From Octopus sinensis (lineage: Eukaryota): a stretch of DNA of 64,000 nt. Positions 39,021 to 52,576 of this stretch are shown one piece after another. Location: the NCBI RefSeq assembly GCF_006345805.1, contig NC_042997.1:198896001-198960000 (forward strand), written 5' to 3'. Within the stretch, counting starts at the first letter, position 1, and the number at the start of each line of letters is the position of its first letter. The translations under genes were made by a program, and so were the position numbers. The notes below the pieces were generated by a model, which worked only from the letters and a program-made list of their open reading frames with translations, was not told where the DNA came from and did no database searches.

Positions 39021-40021
39021 TATATATATATATATATATATACAAAATAAGAAAATAGAGAAATACATCTAAATCATTTATCAACTACCAGATAATACCC
39101 AATCATATACTTTATTAAACCACTACATAAGAACATTAGGGTTAAACATAAAAATATATAACAAAACAGCGTACATGAATGAGTAATACAATACAAAAAG
39201 TACAATCATTATAAGAGGGTATAAATAAATAAATATAAATAGATATAAATATATATATATATATATATAAATTTTCTGTCAAACATATTGCTAAAGTTTT
39301 TTTTTATTTTGTTGTGGGGTTTTTTTGTGAAATTATTTGGAACACAAGCAGTTTCTTCTGAAGACATAAGGAGCCAGAAAAAAATCTGTCAGTGAAGTTT
39401 CTCTGTGGGGCCACAATATAATGAGCAAATAAGATGAGACACTAGAATGCACCAATTGATTTGCTATGCATGTGGTCATTTGAGTAGAAAAATGTATGCT
39501 TAAAGCATAAACTATTTATTGTTCTTTCTCAAATAATAATAAAAAAATATATCAGCTCTTAAAAAGAAAACACATGTTTGAGAATCATTTAAAAAATAAA
39601 TTTTTTTTGCGGTAAATATTCAGTTTAACCATCATTAAGTGTTTGTTCAATTATGACATAGATCAATAGATCAGTAATTATCTATAAAAAAAAAATTTTA
39701 GATCCACCGTTACTACATAAAGTTGCCATAGCAATCGTCAAAGAAAATATTTCATCATGTGTTTCTTAGGAACTAGAAGCATATCTTAAATGTCTTCAGA
39801 CAAATCAGGCAGTTCTTTGTCCTGTTATTGTTTTAAATATTCCTCGTTTATCCAGCTGAATTTCATATTGTAACGAAATACTAATTGCTGTATCATCTTT
39901 TACTTTAAGTTTTTCTTTTGAGAAAATCTCATCAATGTGTTTACTTTCTATTCATCCAAAGTAGAGAATATCATAAAACATATCACAAATAATAAACATG
40001 ATAACAGAAAAATATTGTTTT

Positions 40022-40430
40022 ACTCTTCTTCTTCTTCTTTCATTTCTTCTTTCATTTCTTTTTCTTTCACTTCTTCTTCTTCTTTCACTTCTTCTTTCAT
40101 TGCTTCTTCTTTCACTTCTTCTTCTTTCACTTCTTCCTTCACTTCTTTTTTCACTTCTTTTTCACTTCATCTTCTTTCACTTCTTCTTCTACTTCTTTCA
40201 CTTCTTCTTCTTCTTTCACTTCTTCTTCTTCTTCCTCTTCACTTCTTCTTTCACTTCTTCACTTCTTCTTCTTTCACTTCTTCTTCTTCTTCTTTCACTT
40301 CTTCTTCTTTCACTTCTTCTTTCACTTCTTCTTCTTTCACTTCTTCTTCTTCTTCTTCACTTCTTCTTCTTCCTCTTTCACTTCTTCTTCTTCCTCTTCA
40401 CTTCTTCTTCTTCTTTCACTTCTTCTTCTG
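40022..40430. repeat. (CTT)n / (TTCACTTCTTCT)n microsatellite
   Basis: Direct inspection. It produces the spurious poly-S/L/F ORFs. Confidence 0.95.
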
Positions 40431-41705
40431 CTACTTGTTTTTGCTTTCCCTTATCCTTTTCTTTCCATCCTTCTCTTAAAACCATTCTAATCTTCCTCCC
40501 AGCACTTCTCCTTGACTTCTTGTTTCATATATTTCCACATGTTCTCTCATCATCACTCTCCTTCATTTTCCCTACCACTAAGTTCTTCTACGTTTTTGCT
40601 CCATTCTCTTTCCCTCTTTCATCATCCATTCCTGGAACACAACGATAATGGATTACTACCTTTTACGTTAATTCCCAATGTGGTTTCTATTAACGCTAAA
40701 TAATAATAATAAATTTCAATCCACTTATATTAGTGTGTGATTGTCGTCATTAGACATTTCACATTCACTCCCCGTTATCCTTTCTCAAATATACTTCCGT
40801 TGCTTTTGTTTTGTTGCTTCTCAGAACAGCTCTCCTCTTTATATTTATTATCTGAAAAAAAAAATATGATCTGAAAATTAATCTGGTAATACAATTGATG
40901 ACAACATCTAGAACAACCTGGATTGGTGACAAACTGTTTTATATGACAAGGCCAGCTATTTGCACCCCGCTAAAAAATTAACCAACTTTGATTTTCAAAA
41001 TCAAAATGTTTTAGAGAAAAAAATAAAATAGAAATTTGAAATCACTGAATTTATTTTAAAAAGCAAAAATAACACCAGTCTTTGATCAATTGTTTTCAAA
41101 TACAAAATACAAAAAATATTAGCACACAAATCATTTTGACAGTGTGTTTAGTTGAATGCATTTTTCTGTCAGGACAATATAAAATTAAAACCTTTTTCCT
41201 TCTCACATACCTCTTCAGGTTAATTGATGAATCCAATCCATTATCACAGCAATAAGCAGAGAAGTAAACAAAAATCGTTGTTAAAAATGTAACTTCTTTG
41301 GCAGAGGAATTCTTGTGAATTGAGTTGTTAATATTTGTCATTTGTTTCAAGTCTAGATGCATCAAAATCTCACTTACCATGCTTTGAATTTGTAGAATTT
41401 ATCACCAATTGAATCAAATAAATTGCTGTCGATTGGGCATGCTCAATTGATGTAAATGCCTAGGAACTATTTTCTTTGTACAACATTGTTGAACATATAT
41501 GTTTTTTTATAAATTTGTCCAACCCATGCTAGCATGGAAAGCGGACGCTAATTGATGATGATTGTACTATGATAAACTTAGCTCACCATTAGTCAGTGGT
41601 ACCAATTGTGTGAGAGGATCACTAGAGAAATGGAAACATTGGATACATTACCCAGGAATTTGTTGTACGAAGAAACATGATCCTTGTGGTGGTACAGACA
41701 TTATA

Positions 41706-42127
41706 GGGCAGCGAGCTGGCAGAAATGTTAGCACGCCAGGCGAAATGCTTAGCGGTATTTCGTCTGCCATTACGTTCTGAGTTCAAATTCTGCTGAGGTC
41801 GACTTTGCCTTTCATCTTTTCGGGGTCAATAAATTAAGTACCAGCTATGCACTGGGGTCAATATAATCGACTTAATCCGTTTGTCTGTCCTTGTTTGTCC
41901 TCTCTGTGTTTAGCCCCTTGTGGGTAGTAAAGAAATAGAAATAGGTATTTCGTCTACCATTACATTCTGAGTTCAAATTCCGCAGAGGTTGACTTTGCCT
42001 TTCATCCTTTCAGGGTCGATAAATTAAGTACCAGTTACGCACTGGGGTCAATATAATCGACTTAATCCATTTGTCTGTCCTTGTTTGTCTTCTCTGTATT
42101 TAGTCCCTTGTGGGTAGTAAAGAAATA
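41706..42127 (+). mobile_element. SINE family B with duplicated body
   Basis: TSD GGTACAGACATTA. Multiple CpG to TpG/CpA changes. Confidence 0.9.
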
Positions 42128-42879
42128 GGTACAGACATTAGAAGCCATTCATCTACTGCTTAGAGTTAGCAATTTACTGGATTGTGTCAAGGACCTTATA
42201 TTCTACATTGACTTGCTTTTTGGTGGTGGGGAGCCATTTAATGGTATTTGTTATAACATTTGACAATGGAGATTCATAATTAGCAATTCTTTTTCTTCAT
42301 GTTGTCCAAGAAAAACTTCTCTCATAAAAGCACATCCTTTAGTGGAACAAATCTCCAAAAATGTTCTTTTACGATACTTTCAGGCTCAAATATTTCATTA
42401 TCTGATCGTTTGATTACACCAACAAAATACATAATCATTGTAATTTTCACAATATAACCAGTAGCAGCTGAGCTGTCCAGAATAATTGAAGAGCAGAGTT
42501 TGTATGTGTCAAAGCTACTTTATATAAGCTACTTGCTAAATACTGCAGAAATTCATTTTGAATATTCATTAACTCATGAAAGATCAAAAGGAGCCAAATA
42601 TTCTAAAAAGTGTAGAATAAGAAAAAATTCCATTAATAGCACTGTAACTTTTAATTCGTATCACAAAATGGTAAATCTGGCATTTTTCTGACAATGGTCA
42701 TTGAACTTTGCACAGTTGTCAATATTATCCTGGCTTAATTTTTAGCTGGTCTTAACATCACTTCTTTATCCTTTAGGTAAGTGTATTTTAAGTTCATCCC
42801 AGGTCTGTTAGTTTTCTAAACGGTCAACATTACATATTTCTGAAGGAAGAGTTGATCTATTGTTCTTCCAGACTTCTGA

Positions 42880-43230
42880 GCTTATTCTTTGTAAGCCTAG
42901 TACTTATTCTATCAGTCTCTTTTGCTGAACTGCAAAATTACAGGGACGTAAACACACCAGCATCGGTCATCAAGCGATGTTGGGGGGACAAACACAGACA
43001 CATGAACATATACATACACACACACACACACACACACATATATGTATATACACACACACACACATATATACAACAGGCTTCTTCCAGTTTCCATCTACCA
43101 AATCCACTCACAAGGCTTTGGGTTGCCCAAGGCTATAGTAGAAGACACTTGCCAAAGGTGCCATGCAGTGAGACTGAACCCATAACCGTGTGGTTGGTAA
43201 GCAAGCTACTTACCAAACAGCCACTCCTGC
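42880..43230 (-). mobile_element. SINE family A, 3'-truncated, CpG-decayed
   Basis: Family A sequence. Confidence 0.88.
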
Positions 43231-44899
43231 ACAAAAGAAAAATCACTTGTTTTCTGAGCAAATCTTGAGGAAAATTATGTGGTTTGTGTTGTACTATAAA
43301 TTGCCATGAATTATCACTGTAAAGATGGGGTCAGTTAACAGCCTCTGTAATTCAAGCCTGGCATGACATTATCATCTTTAACAGACTTTCTACTATTGTC
43401 AATTTTCTTAACACAATCTTTTCCTTCTGTGTTTATCAGATATGTCTTCAATTCGTGAAACTTCTGTCCACAGATTGTCGTTTATTTTTTTTTTTTTTGT
43501 TGGAACTCTACATTCAACTTCCCCAGTCAAAGTTTAACAACAAAAGTTTTGTTCTTGATTTGTTTCCTCTACACAAAAGTATTTCAAGAAGAACTCTTCT
43601 TACTTCTTTTGTTCCTTTTTTATTTTTCTGCCTTTCTCTCAAATATGATTAATAAAAAAGCAACAGCACTAGATTTCATTACCACAAGTCACTAGAAAAC
43701 TAAAAATAAAATACGACATCATTGTACATAACTGAGAACAGGTAGTTTTATTTTATTTCTAAATAAATATATAATGTGATTGCTTTTGAGAGTCAGCATT
43801 ATGTGTCTCTGAACTCTGCATGCAAGCCAAATTCTTAGTTAGCCTAACAATAACACTGGCCCTGATAAGAAGGATATAGTTTTATAGATATTTTTGTTCA
43901 AATAACAAAGAAAATTGATATTTACTGAGCAGGTACAAAAACAATTAAAGTAAAACTATTCAAAAGATGAATTCAGATACTGAAATACAAGACAACCATC
44001 TGAAACTTTTGTTTTCAACTGCTTATTTTAGCAGATTAAATTATATACCAGAGACAATTATTTCTACCTTATAAAAGGGGAAAATATATAGTATATTTTT
44101 GGATTTAGATTGTCCTTTTGAAATAATTGTGTCCTCTATTGCTTTATATACGAAAAAAATTCAATGTTTATGATTTACCTAATTACTTCATCACTGCTTC
44201 CTAGCAAATCAATTAAATGACATCTAGAAAAGCTTGTACTAAGATGAGTAATTATTTCAAAAACTCCTTTTTGAAATCAGATATCTACAGTTAAAACAAA
44301 TTACTTCTTTAGTAGTTCGGATTTACAAGCCTTTGCCTCAGCCTTTATGCAAGAAAAAAAAAATAATAATTAGTTAGAGGTTCCCTTTGTTCAAAACATA
44401 TATACACCCAATGATAATATTAGAAAAAAATGGCTTTTGTTGTAATATGATATAAATCAATATTTATTAATCTCATGCAATTGCAACAAACCTTGTTAAT
44501 GGCTTCGTGTTTGTAGTCAAATGTCTCCATCAGTGAATGATTATCCTGTTTGACTTTAATGGACGAGAAAATGAGAGAAAATGTAACTTGCATAATTTGA
44601 TTTGGAGCAGTGAAACAGAATACTCCAACCAAGGATCAATTCTCTCTCACTGATTTAGCTGACTGAACTTGGGAAAAACATTCAGGTATTCACCGTTTTA
44701 AAAATCACGCAGGTAAACATAATTGTAGTTACATATAAGAAACTTGGAAAAATTAGGCTCTATGAAATTGTTGTAGTGTAACTTGTTTAGTGTTGGATAT
44801 TAGCATGGCCAATGCCTGCGCCGCCTTGACTGGCTTCTGTGCCGGTGGCACATGACCTGCCTATCGTAGAAAAGAATATTTTGCTTTATAGGATAAGAT

Positions 44900-45217
44900 T
44901 ATTATTTTTATTTATGCGCCCTTTTCGAGCCTAGCCAGGCTCATGGGCCCGGTTTACCGGTTTCTATGGCGTATGGGTTCCCTCAGCTGGACGGGACACC
45001 AGTCCATCGCAGCATTACTCAAGAAACAGGAAGAAAGAGAGAGAGAAAGTTGGGGTGAAAGAGTACAACAGGGGTCACCACCACCCACTGCCAGGGCTCA
45101 TGGAGCTTTTAGGTGTTTCCTCTCAATAAACACACACAACGCCTGGTCTGGGAATCGAAACCACGATCCTCCAACTGTGAGTCCGCTGCCCTAACCACTG
45201 GACCATTGCGCCTCCAC
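44900..45217 (-). mobile_element. SINE family C variant
   Basis: Reverse complement of the 11621 copy, with CpG decay. Confidence 0.88.
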
Positions 45218-45907
45218 ATAGTGTAAGATAGCTCAGATAAATTAGTACGTAAAAACATATGCATCTTTATCAAAGGATGATAAGTTCTGTGCAGATAACT
45301 TCTGCTCTTATTAACAACATTGTGGTTTTTCCTATTAGATATGGCTGTATACATTGGGCTGTACCCCAGGTAAAGTTCGTCAATCTAATTACCCGAGTCC
45401 ATTTAGAGAAAAATCAGGTTTCCTTCTTCCATTGTTGTCACGTGGTTGTCTGTATGTAGATAATCCATTTGTGGAAATAATTGTTCCTACAATACGAAAA
45501 ATCCGAATGTTTGCAAAATAATATCAAGCATTCCATTGAAACTACTGCTTAATAAGAATAGTAAACAAGACAAAGAGTATTTTGAAGTATGGTTTAACAA
45601 AATAGTCAATATTCTTAAATATGTTTACCAAGCTTTGAGTTAGAAGCTACAACCTGTTCGATACAGCTGCAATTGCTGGCCATTAATCCAGAACATTGGT
45701 TCTTTCACAACATTTGTAATTCTATGTACTATAGTCAGTCAATACAGTACATACACATTGACAAGATTGATATAATGTAAACGAGTGTCAGAGAATCTTT
45801 TCCTTGTTTACTGAAGCAAGGTCAAAACCCAGTGACTGGAAGTCGAAATATGTTATTGAAATTTGATGAGTTATTAATTATCTTGTTTTTTTTTTTTTAC
45901 ACTCATA

Positions 45908-46234
45908 GGCGTAGGAGTGGCTGTATGGTAAGTAGCTTGCTTATCAACCACATGGTTCTGGGTTCAGACCCACTGCGTGGCACCTTGGGCAAGTGTCTTC
46001 TGCTATAGCCTCAGGCCAACCAAAGCCTTGTGAGTGGATTTGGTGGATGGAAACTGAAAAAAGTCTGTCGTATATATGTATATGTATGTGTGTTTATATA
46101 TATATGTATATATATGTATATTTGTATGTGTATATGTTTGTGTGTCTGTGTTTGTCCCTCCAACATCGCTTGACAACCAATGCTGGCGTGTTTACGTTCC
46201 CGTAACTTAACTCTGAGAATGTAATATATATATG

Positions 46235-46278
<44 letters not shown>

Positions 46279-46788
46279 ATATAGGTGCAGGAGTGGCTGT
46301 GTGGTAAGTAGCTTGCTAACCAGCCACATGGTTCCGGGTTCAGTCCCACTGCGTGGCATCTTGGGCAAGTGTCTTCTGCTAAAGCCCCGGGCCGACCAAT
46401 GCCTTGTGAGTGGATTTGGTAGACTGAAACTGAAAGAAGCCTGTCGTATATATGTATATATATATGTGTGTGTGTGTGTTTGTGTTTGTCCCCCTAGCAT
46501 TGCTTGACAACCGATGCTGGTGTGTTTACGTCCCTGTCACTTAGCGGTTCGGCAAAAGAGACCGATAGAATAAGTACTGGGCTTACAAAGAATAAGTCCC
46601 GGGGTCGATTTGCTCGACTAAAGGCAGTGCTCCAGCATGGCCGCAGTCAAATGACTGAAACAAATAAAAGAGAAAGAGATATGTATATTTGTATGTGTAT
46701 ATGTTTGTGTGTCTGTGTTTGTCCCTCCAACATCGCTTGACAACCAATGCTGGTGTGTTTACGTTCCCGTAACTTAACTCTGAGAATG

Positions 46789-46800
<12 letters not shown>
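45908..46800 (+). mobile_element. SINE family A cluster: truncated copy, full copy (46283-46675), duplicated ~120-bp flank
   Basis: 46112-46230 is repeated at 46679-46800 on the other side of the full copy. Confidence 0.88.
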
Positions 46801-46822
<22 letters not shown>

Positions 46823-48420
46823 GGATCCTTTTGAATCAAACTGCTGTGATCTATACATGTAACTCCTAATAAATGTGTTGGCTATAGTAGAAGATACTTC
46901 CCCAAGATGCCATGCAGTGTGTTTGAACATGGAACTATGAGGTTGGGAAGCAAGCTTCTTGTCACACAGCCATACCTGCACCAATGTCGATATAGGTCAG
47001 AAATATTGAAAGGAATGTATATTTTTTAATGATGCTATTTCAATTGTTTACAAAAAAAATAAAATTGAAGTAAAGTTGTAAATAAAAAACATACGTTTTT
47101 ATTTTGGATCAATAGATTTATTTGTGAGGACGAAGGTTCTACATGGATTGAATAAAACGACAGAAAATTAATCCCCTCTTTATATTCTGTATAATGTTGA
47201 TAAAAACTTAGAAAGTGAATACATAGATCTCTTAGAAAAATAAACAAAGCTATGCCATTTATAATCTTTTATAGTATTATAAACATTCTAGACACAGAAA
47301 TTACAATCTTATAAAATTGCAGATATATTGTTTTTTTTTTTTATGCATATATTTCCTTATTTATTTTTTTATTAGTGGAATATGTGTTTTTATTTCTTGC
47401 CAGAACAAATAATTTACAAATAAATAAGAAAAAAAAGACCTCTCATAACTCTGATAATTGTATGGATTTTGCTACCTATAATCATAGAAATCTATAAATA
47501 TTTTTAAATTTATTATCTGTTTTATCAAGTTCATTGGAAGAATGATTTTTGAAAAAATCAATCTCCAAAACTAATAAATCGGCATGAACAAGGTTATTCT
47601 ATGGAGCAAAAATGTAAATAAATTTGTGCCACTGTTTTCATTACTGAATAGGAGTTTTATATTTTATGTTTATATTATATTCTTCAGTTCTGCTCTCTCT
47701 CTCAAAGGTTACATACAGCCATCCATATTTTTCTGTTTCTGTTAGTAAATGACAGCTTCATTTGCTGCGATTTTATGATTTGGAACATTTACAGTGATTC
47801 AATGGCAGATACTGTTTCACTGTTTTCTCTATAAGACAGAAAGGAAAATATATCTCCCCAGCCGAAATTGTCATAGACCTACCTGTGTGGTTGTATTATT
47901 CTTTATCACTAATCTACCTATATAGAAGAGGAAAAAAACTTGCACACTTTGGCTTTGGTAAGGATTCAATTGCACTAGACGTGCTAGGATCAAGCGGAAA
48001 ATTTACACACCTATAGAAGGCGTGGTGTAGTTATGGCCAGAGTAGGTTTCAAGTCTCTATCTTGATAACAATGCATTTTCTGTGTCATACACTATTGCCT
48101 TGAGTTGTGTTCAGGCAACATGTTGGATTCTACGCATGACTGTGCACGTGTTTGTGTGAATGCAACGGAAAAATGGGGCAAAAACAGGTTCAATTTTTGA
48201 GTTTTTCGAAAAACAAAATATGAGCATATATGTAGAAAAATTTCCTGAATCAATTGGAGCAAGTTTGAATTCTCTAGCTTGAAAAATGCAAATTCTAGCA
48301 GTTTTGAGAGTGCCTTTTTAAGGAGTCCTCAGTTGAAAATGGTGTCAAAAAATAGCTCAAAATTAGAGAATTATTTTGCAGACCGAATCACCTCAAAAAT
48401 CGAACAGGAAGTGCTCTTAA

Positions 48421-48811
48421 TCTATATATATAAAGCTGAAGTTATCTGTGTATGGCAGGTTTGGTAGCCTTCAACTAACACTATCTCCTCCGAGACCCTG
48501 CGGTGCAAGTTGACCAAAATTGAGAGTATGATAGAAGAAGGCTTGCTCTTCATTCCATAGAAGATAAAATTCAAATCAAACCATGTTAATACCAAAAATT
48601 ATTTATATCAGAAGGTACTTTTTTTCTATGAAAATCCCTATTTTTTACGATTTTTGACTGCTGCTGTGTCACCATTTTTCGGTGTATTTCAACCAGAAAA
48701 ATGTTCACCTAAAGAGAATAACAAGCTACATAATGCAAAACTTTTACTTTTCAAAAGTTCCAATTCCAAAGGGTCGAAACAAACCCAAGCAATGCCGGAT
48801 GGTACTGCTAG
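48421..48811 (+). mobile_element. Non-autonomous Helitron, family H2
   Basis: A|TCTATATATATAAAGCTG...AAACCCAAGCAATGCCGGATGGTACTGCTAG|T. The 3' end is like H1, but the internal sequence differs. Confidence 0.82.
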
Positions 48812-49267
48812 TATATTTATATAAGACATATTAAGCACAACCATTGCTGTGTGGTTAAGCTCATTTCGGAACTACATTCAGGACTTCATACAAGTCCCAT
48901 TGCATGGAACTTTGGATAAATGTCTTCTATAGACACAGACCAATCAATGCTATATGAGTTTATTAGACAGAAACTGTAGGAAACCTGTAGGATGTGTGTG
49001 TGCATCATTTTATCTTTTACTTGTTTGACATTGAACTGTGACCATGCTGGGGCACTGCCTTGAAGTATTTAGTCAAGCAAATTAACTCCAGCACGTGTTC
49101 TAGCGTTTATTCTATTTGTATGTCTTGCCAAACTGCTAAGTTACAGTGATCACAGGGGGAACAAACACAAACATATACACATTGGGCTTCTTGAAGTTTT
49201 TATCTGCCAAATTCACTCACAAGGACTGAATCCCAAACCTGTATTATTGCTTTGGAATAGCACACAG

Positions 49268-49430
49268 TCATACATGCACACGCACACACACACACCACTC
49301 ACACACACACGCACGCCCACACACCACACACACACCACACATGCACACACACACACCACACACACCCACCACATACACACTCACCACATCATACACACAC
49401 CACACACACCACACGCGCACACACACCACA

Positions 49431-49461
<31 letters not shown>
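49268..49461. repeat. (CA)n microsatellite
   Basis: Direct inspection. Confidence 0.95.
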
Positions 49462-49463
<2 letters not shown>

Positions 49464-49870
49464 ACTATTCAGATGTTTGGCCTCATAGAGAGAATGAAAA
49501 GGGACCGAGACCTCTGGTGGTTTCCTGTGCTTCAGAAGACATGTCAAATTAAGTAAAATTGTGGTTGTCCTTGCGTTCAGGTATGTCCCCTACATCTATC
49601 TTCAGCTGAGCGATCCTAATCTTGCCGGCTTGTGGATGTTGTGTCACATAAAAAGCACCCACGCTGGTACCATGTAAAAGTGCCCCTGCCAGTTTTTGCA
49701 TCAAAACTCTCAGTACACTCTGTAAAATGATCAGGATTAGGAAGGGCATCCAGCTGTAGAAAACAAGGCCAAAACAGACATGAAACCCTGGCAGCTCTTC
49801 AGCTGACCAATTCCTGTCAAACCGTCCAACCCATGCCAGCATGGAAAAAATACAACAAATGATGATGGTG
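49462..49870 (+). mobile_element. RTE-type LINE 3' end (last codons, 3' UTR, (GAT)n tail)
   Basis: Reading MFGLIERMKRDRDLWWFPVLQKT* is like the RTE terminal DRxxWR motif. It is followed by AGGAAGGGCATCCAGCTGTAGAAA...AACCCATGCCAGCATGGAAA and a GAT tail. Confidence 0.75.
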
Positions 49871-49889
49871 ATAATATATATATATATAT

Positions 49890-50246
49890 ACTCTTTTACA
49901 TTTGACTGCGGCCATGCTGGAGCACCGCCTTTAATCGAGCAACTCGACCCCGGGACTTATTCTTTTGTAAGCCCAGTACTTATTCTATCGGTCTCTTTTG
50001 CCGAACCGCTAAGTGACGGGGACATAAACACACCAGCATTGGTTGTCAAGCAATGCTAGGGGGACAAACACAGACACACAAACATATACACACGCATACA
50101 TATACATATATACGACAGGCTTCTTTCAGTTTCCGTCTACCAAATCCACTCACAAGGCTTTAGTCAGCCCGAGGCTATAGTAGAAGATGCTTGCCCAAGG
50201 TGCCATGCAATGGGACTGAACCCAGAACCATGTGGTTCGTAAGCAA
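49890..50246 (-). mobile_element. SINE family A
   Basis: Family A sequence lacking the extreme head. Confidence 0.88.
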
Positions 50247-50249
50247 ATA

Positions 50250-50590
50250 TATCATCATCATCATTTAACGTCCATTTTCCATGCTCTGGCATAGGTTGGA
50301 CGGCTTGACTGACACCTAGTGAGATAGCGGCTGCACCAGGCTTCAATCTGATCTGGCAATATTTCTACAGCTGGATGCCCCTCCTAACACCAACCACTCT
50401 GAGAGTGTAGTGGGTGCTTTTTACATGCCACCAGCACAGGAGCCAGTCAGGTGGGCCTGGCATCGATAACGTTTGAATAGTGCTTTTTACGTGCCACAGG
50501 CACGGTAGCCAGTCAGGGAGTATTGGCATCAACCATGTTCGGATGGTGCTTTTTACATGCCACTGGCAGAGGAGCCAGTCAGGTGGACCT
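50250..50590 (-). mobile_element. RTE-type 3' UTR element
   Basis: (CAT)n tail and ~60-bp tandem sub-repeats GTGCTTTTTAC(A/G)TGCCAC. Confidence 0.8.
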
Positions 50591-52274
50591 GATATATATA
50601 TATATATATTACAAAGTAAGATAGGGGTTATGAGGGTAATACACCTGTTTTTGTTTTTTAGTTTTTCTATAAATTTCAACTACATATATACACACATACA
50701 CATTGTTTGTGAGTGGATGTTGCCATCTCTTCAGTCTTGTTGGTCCCTGCCCAAGTGAAATGGTGTTATGTTAGCTTTCTAGCTACCCTATGCTTTCTAA
50801 CTCCTGTGGAAAGAAAAGCAATAGACCAAGTTGAAAAAGATGATTAAAGGTTTGTGATAGGAAGAGCATCTGGGTTCGAGATAAAATCTTAAATATGTAA
50901 CCGTCTAACCCATGCTAGCATGGAAAAATGAACAAACATGTCTTGATAACAAAAGGATTAATTTGGGGATGGGAACAGATTGGGATGTGGTTAACTTAGA
51001 GCTTGTGTGAAATGAAAGTAACCAAATATTTAATACTTTTTTCTAAATGTAATCTATTGTTATGAAACAGTAAATACATCAAACAACTGGATGTTTTATT
51101 ATTTTCAACAGGAAAAAGAAAAAAATATTTTAAACGTTATTAACCTATTATATAGGAACAATATAGGAATATATAAATGTTGAGAATTTAAAGAAATAAA
51201 ATGTTTGTGAAATCGTAAAAATATTTTAAAATCTCATAATTGAATTTTGTTGATTTGCTATATAGCTGTACCTGATCAGTCTGAAATTGATTTTTCACAA
51301 ATATCAGGCACCTGATTCATAAGGTGACACAAGTAAAATTATTACTAAAATAAGAATAATATTAACTGATATATCATAGAATTTATAAATGTTTTAAAAT
51401 TTAATTTGCTATCAACATTAAAAGATTTCTTTTGAGAATCTATAGATATTGCATAATAAAATATTTGAATTTTTGGTTTGAGACAATTCTTAGTTTTCTG
51501 ACTTCATGTCTACTAGATATTGTATACAATGTTACAAAAATACCTGATTTTTCTCTGAAATTATATTTTTGCTCTTCATGTTGTTTGATGCCTATTTTTA
51601 ATAGTGATTGATTATAATTTATTAGAAAATTAAAATTATATTTTTTATTCAATAATTTGTTCAATCATTGTTGAGATACCTAGTGGGGATTGTTATAGAA
51701 AGTAACATAGGAATTAAATATTTAGAAAATCATTCCTATGAGAAAAGTTAAGTACATTCCATACAGACACATACAAATTTTTTCAAAAATACATATACAC
51801 ACATATCCTCTATTTTGTTCCTGCGAGCAAGGCTTCTGCATAAAAAGCTCTCAGTACCTCAAGGGAGAATAATAATTTTTCTAAGGATAGATTTTTTACA
51901 GAATTTATTCTATCTTGGTTAACAGGAATATCTTTTATAAACAAATAATCTGATAAAGAATATTATATATATATACAAACACACACACACACATATATAA
52001 ATGCACATGCACAAACATATATATATATATATATATACATGTGTGTGTACATGTGTCTGGAAATATATACACACGCATGCCTGCATCGTTAAGATTCCTA
52101 TGCGCAATACCTTCAGCTTGTATCTTCTGAATGCAGACATGGCTTAGTGGTTAAATAATTCATTTTGCAACTGTATGGTTTTGAGCTCTTAGCCAACCGA
52201 TGTCTACATACTGAATTTGATTGATGGAAACTGTATGAAGCCTTTGTATGAGTATGTTTGTGTATTATTTATAT

Positions 52275-52500
52275 TCTTTTATTCTTTCACTTGTTTCAGT
52301 CATTTGACTGCAACCATGCTGGAGCACTGCCTTTAGTCGAACAAATCGACCCCAGGACTTATTCTTTGTAAGTCTAGTACTTATCCTATTGGTCTCTTTT
52401 GCCAAACCGCTAAGTTACAGGAACATAAACACCAACATTGGTTGTCAAGCGATGTTGGGGGGCAAACACAGACACACAAACATATACATAATACATACAT
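52275..52500 (-). mobile_element. SINE family A, 3' half
   Basis: Family A tail region, CpG-decayed. Confidence 0.82.
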
Positions 52501-52576
52501 ACATATATATATATATACATATATATATGTGTGCCTCACTGCAGCTATGCTGTGACTGGAACAAGTAAAAGAGTAA

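Noticed and set aside
39937-40648. Ser/Leu/Phe-rich ORFs of 180 and 216 aa
   Set aside because: Translation of a CTT microsatellite.
41378-41459. Minus-strand exon (AFTSIEHAQSTAIYLIQLVINSTNSKH) with a GTAAGT donor
   Set aside because: Weak acceptor, no homology recognised and no partner exons.
41580-42500. Protein-like minus-strand readings around the SINE at 41.7 kb (possible old transposase)
   Set aside because: Multiple stops and no catalytic motif that I can identify.
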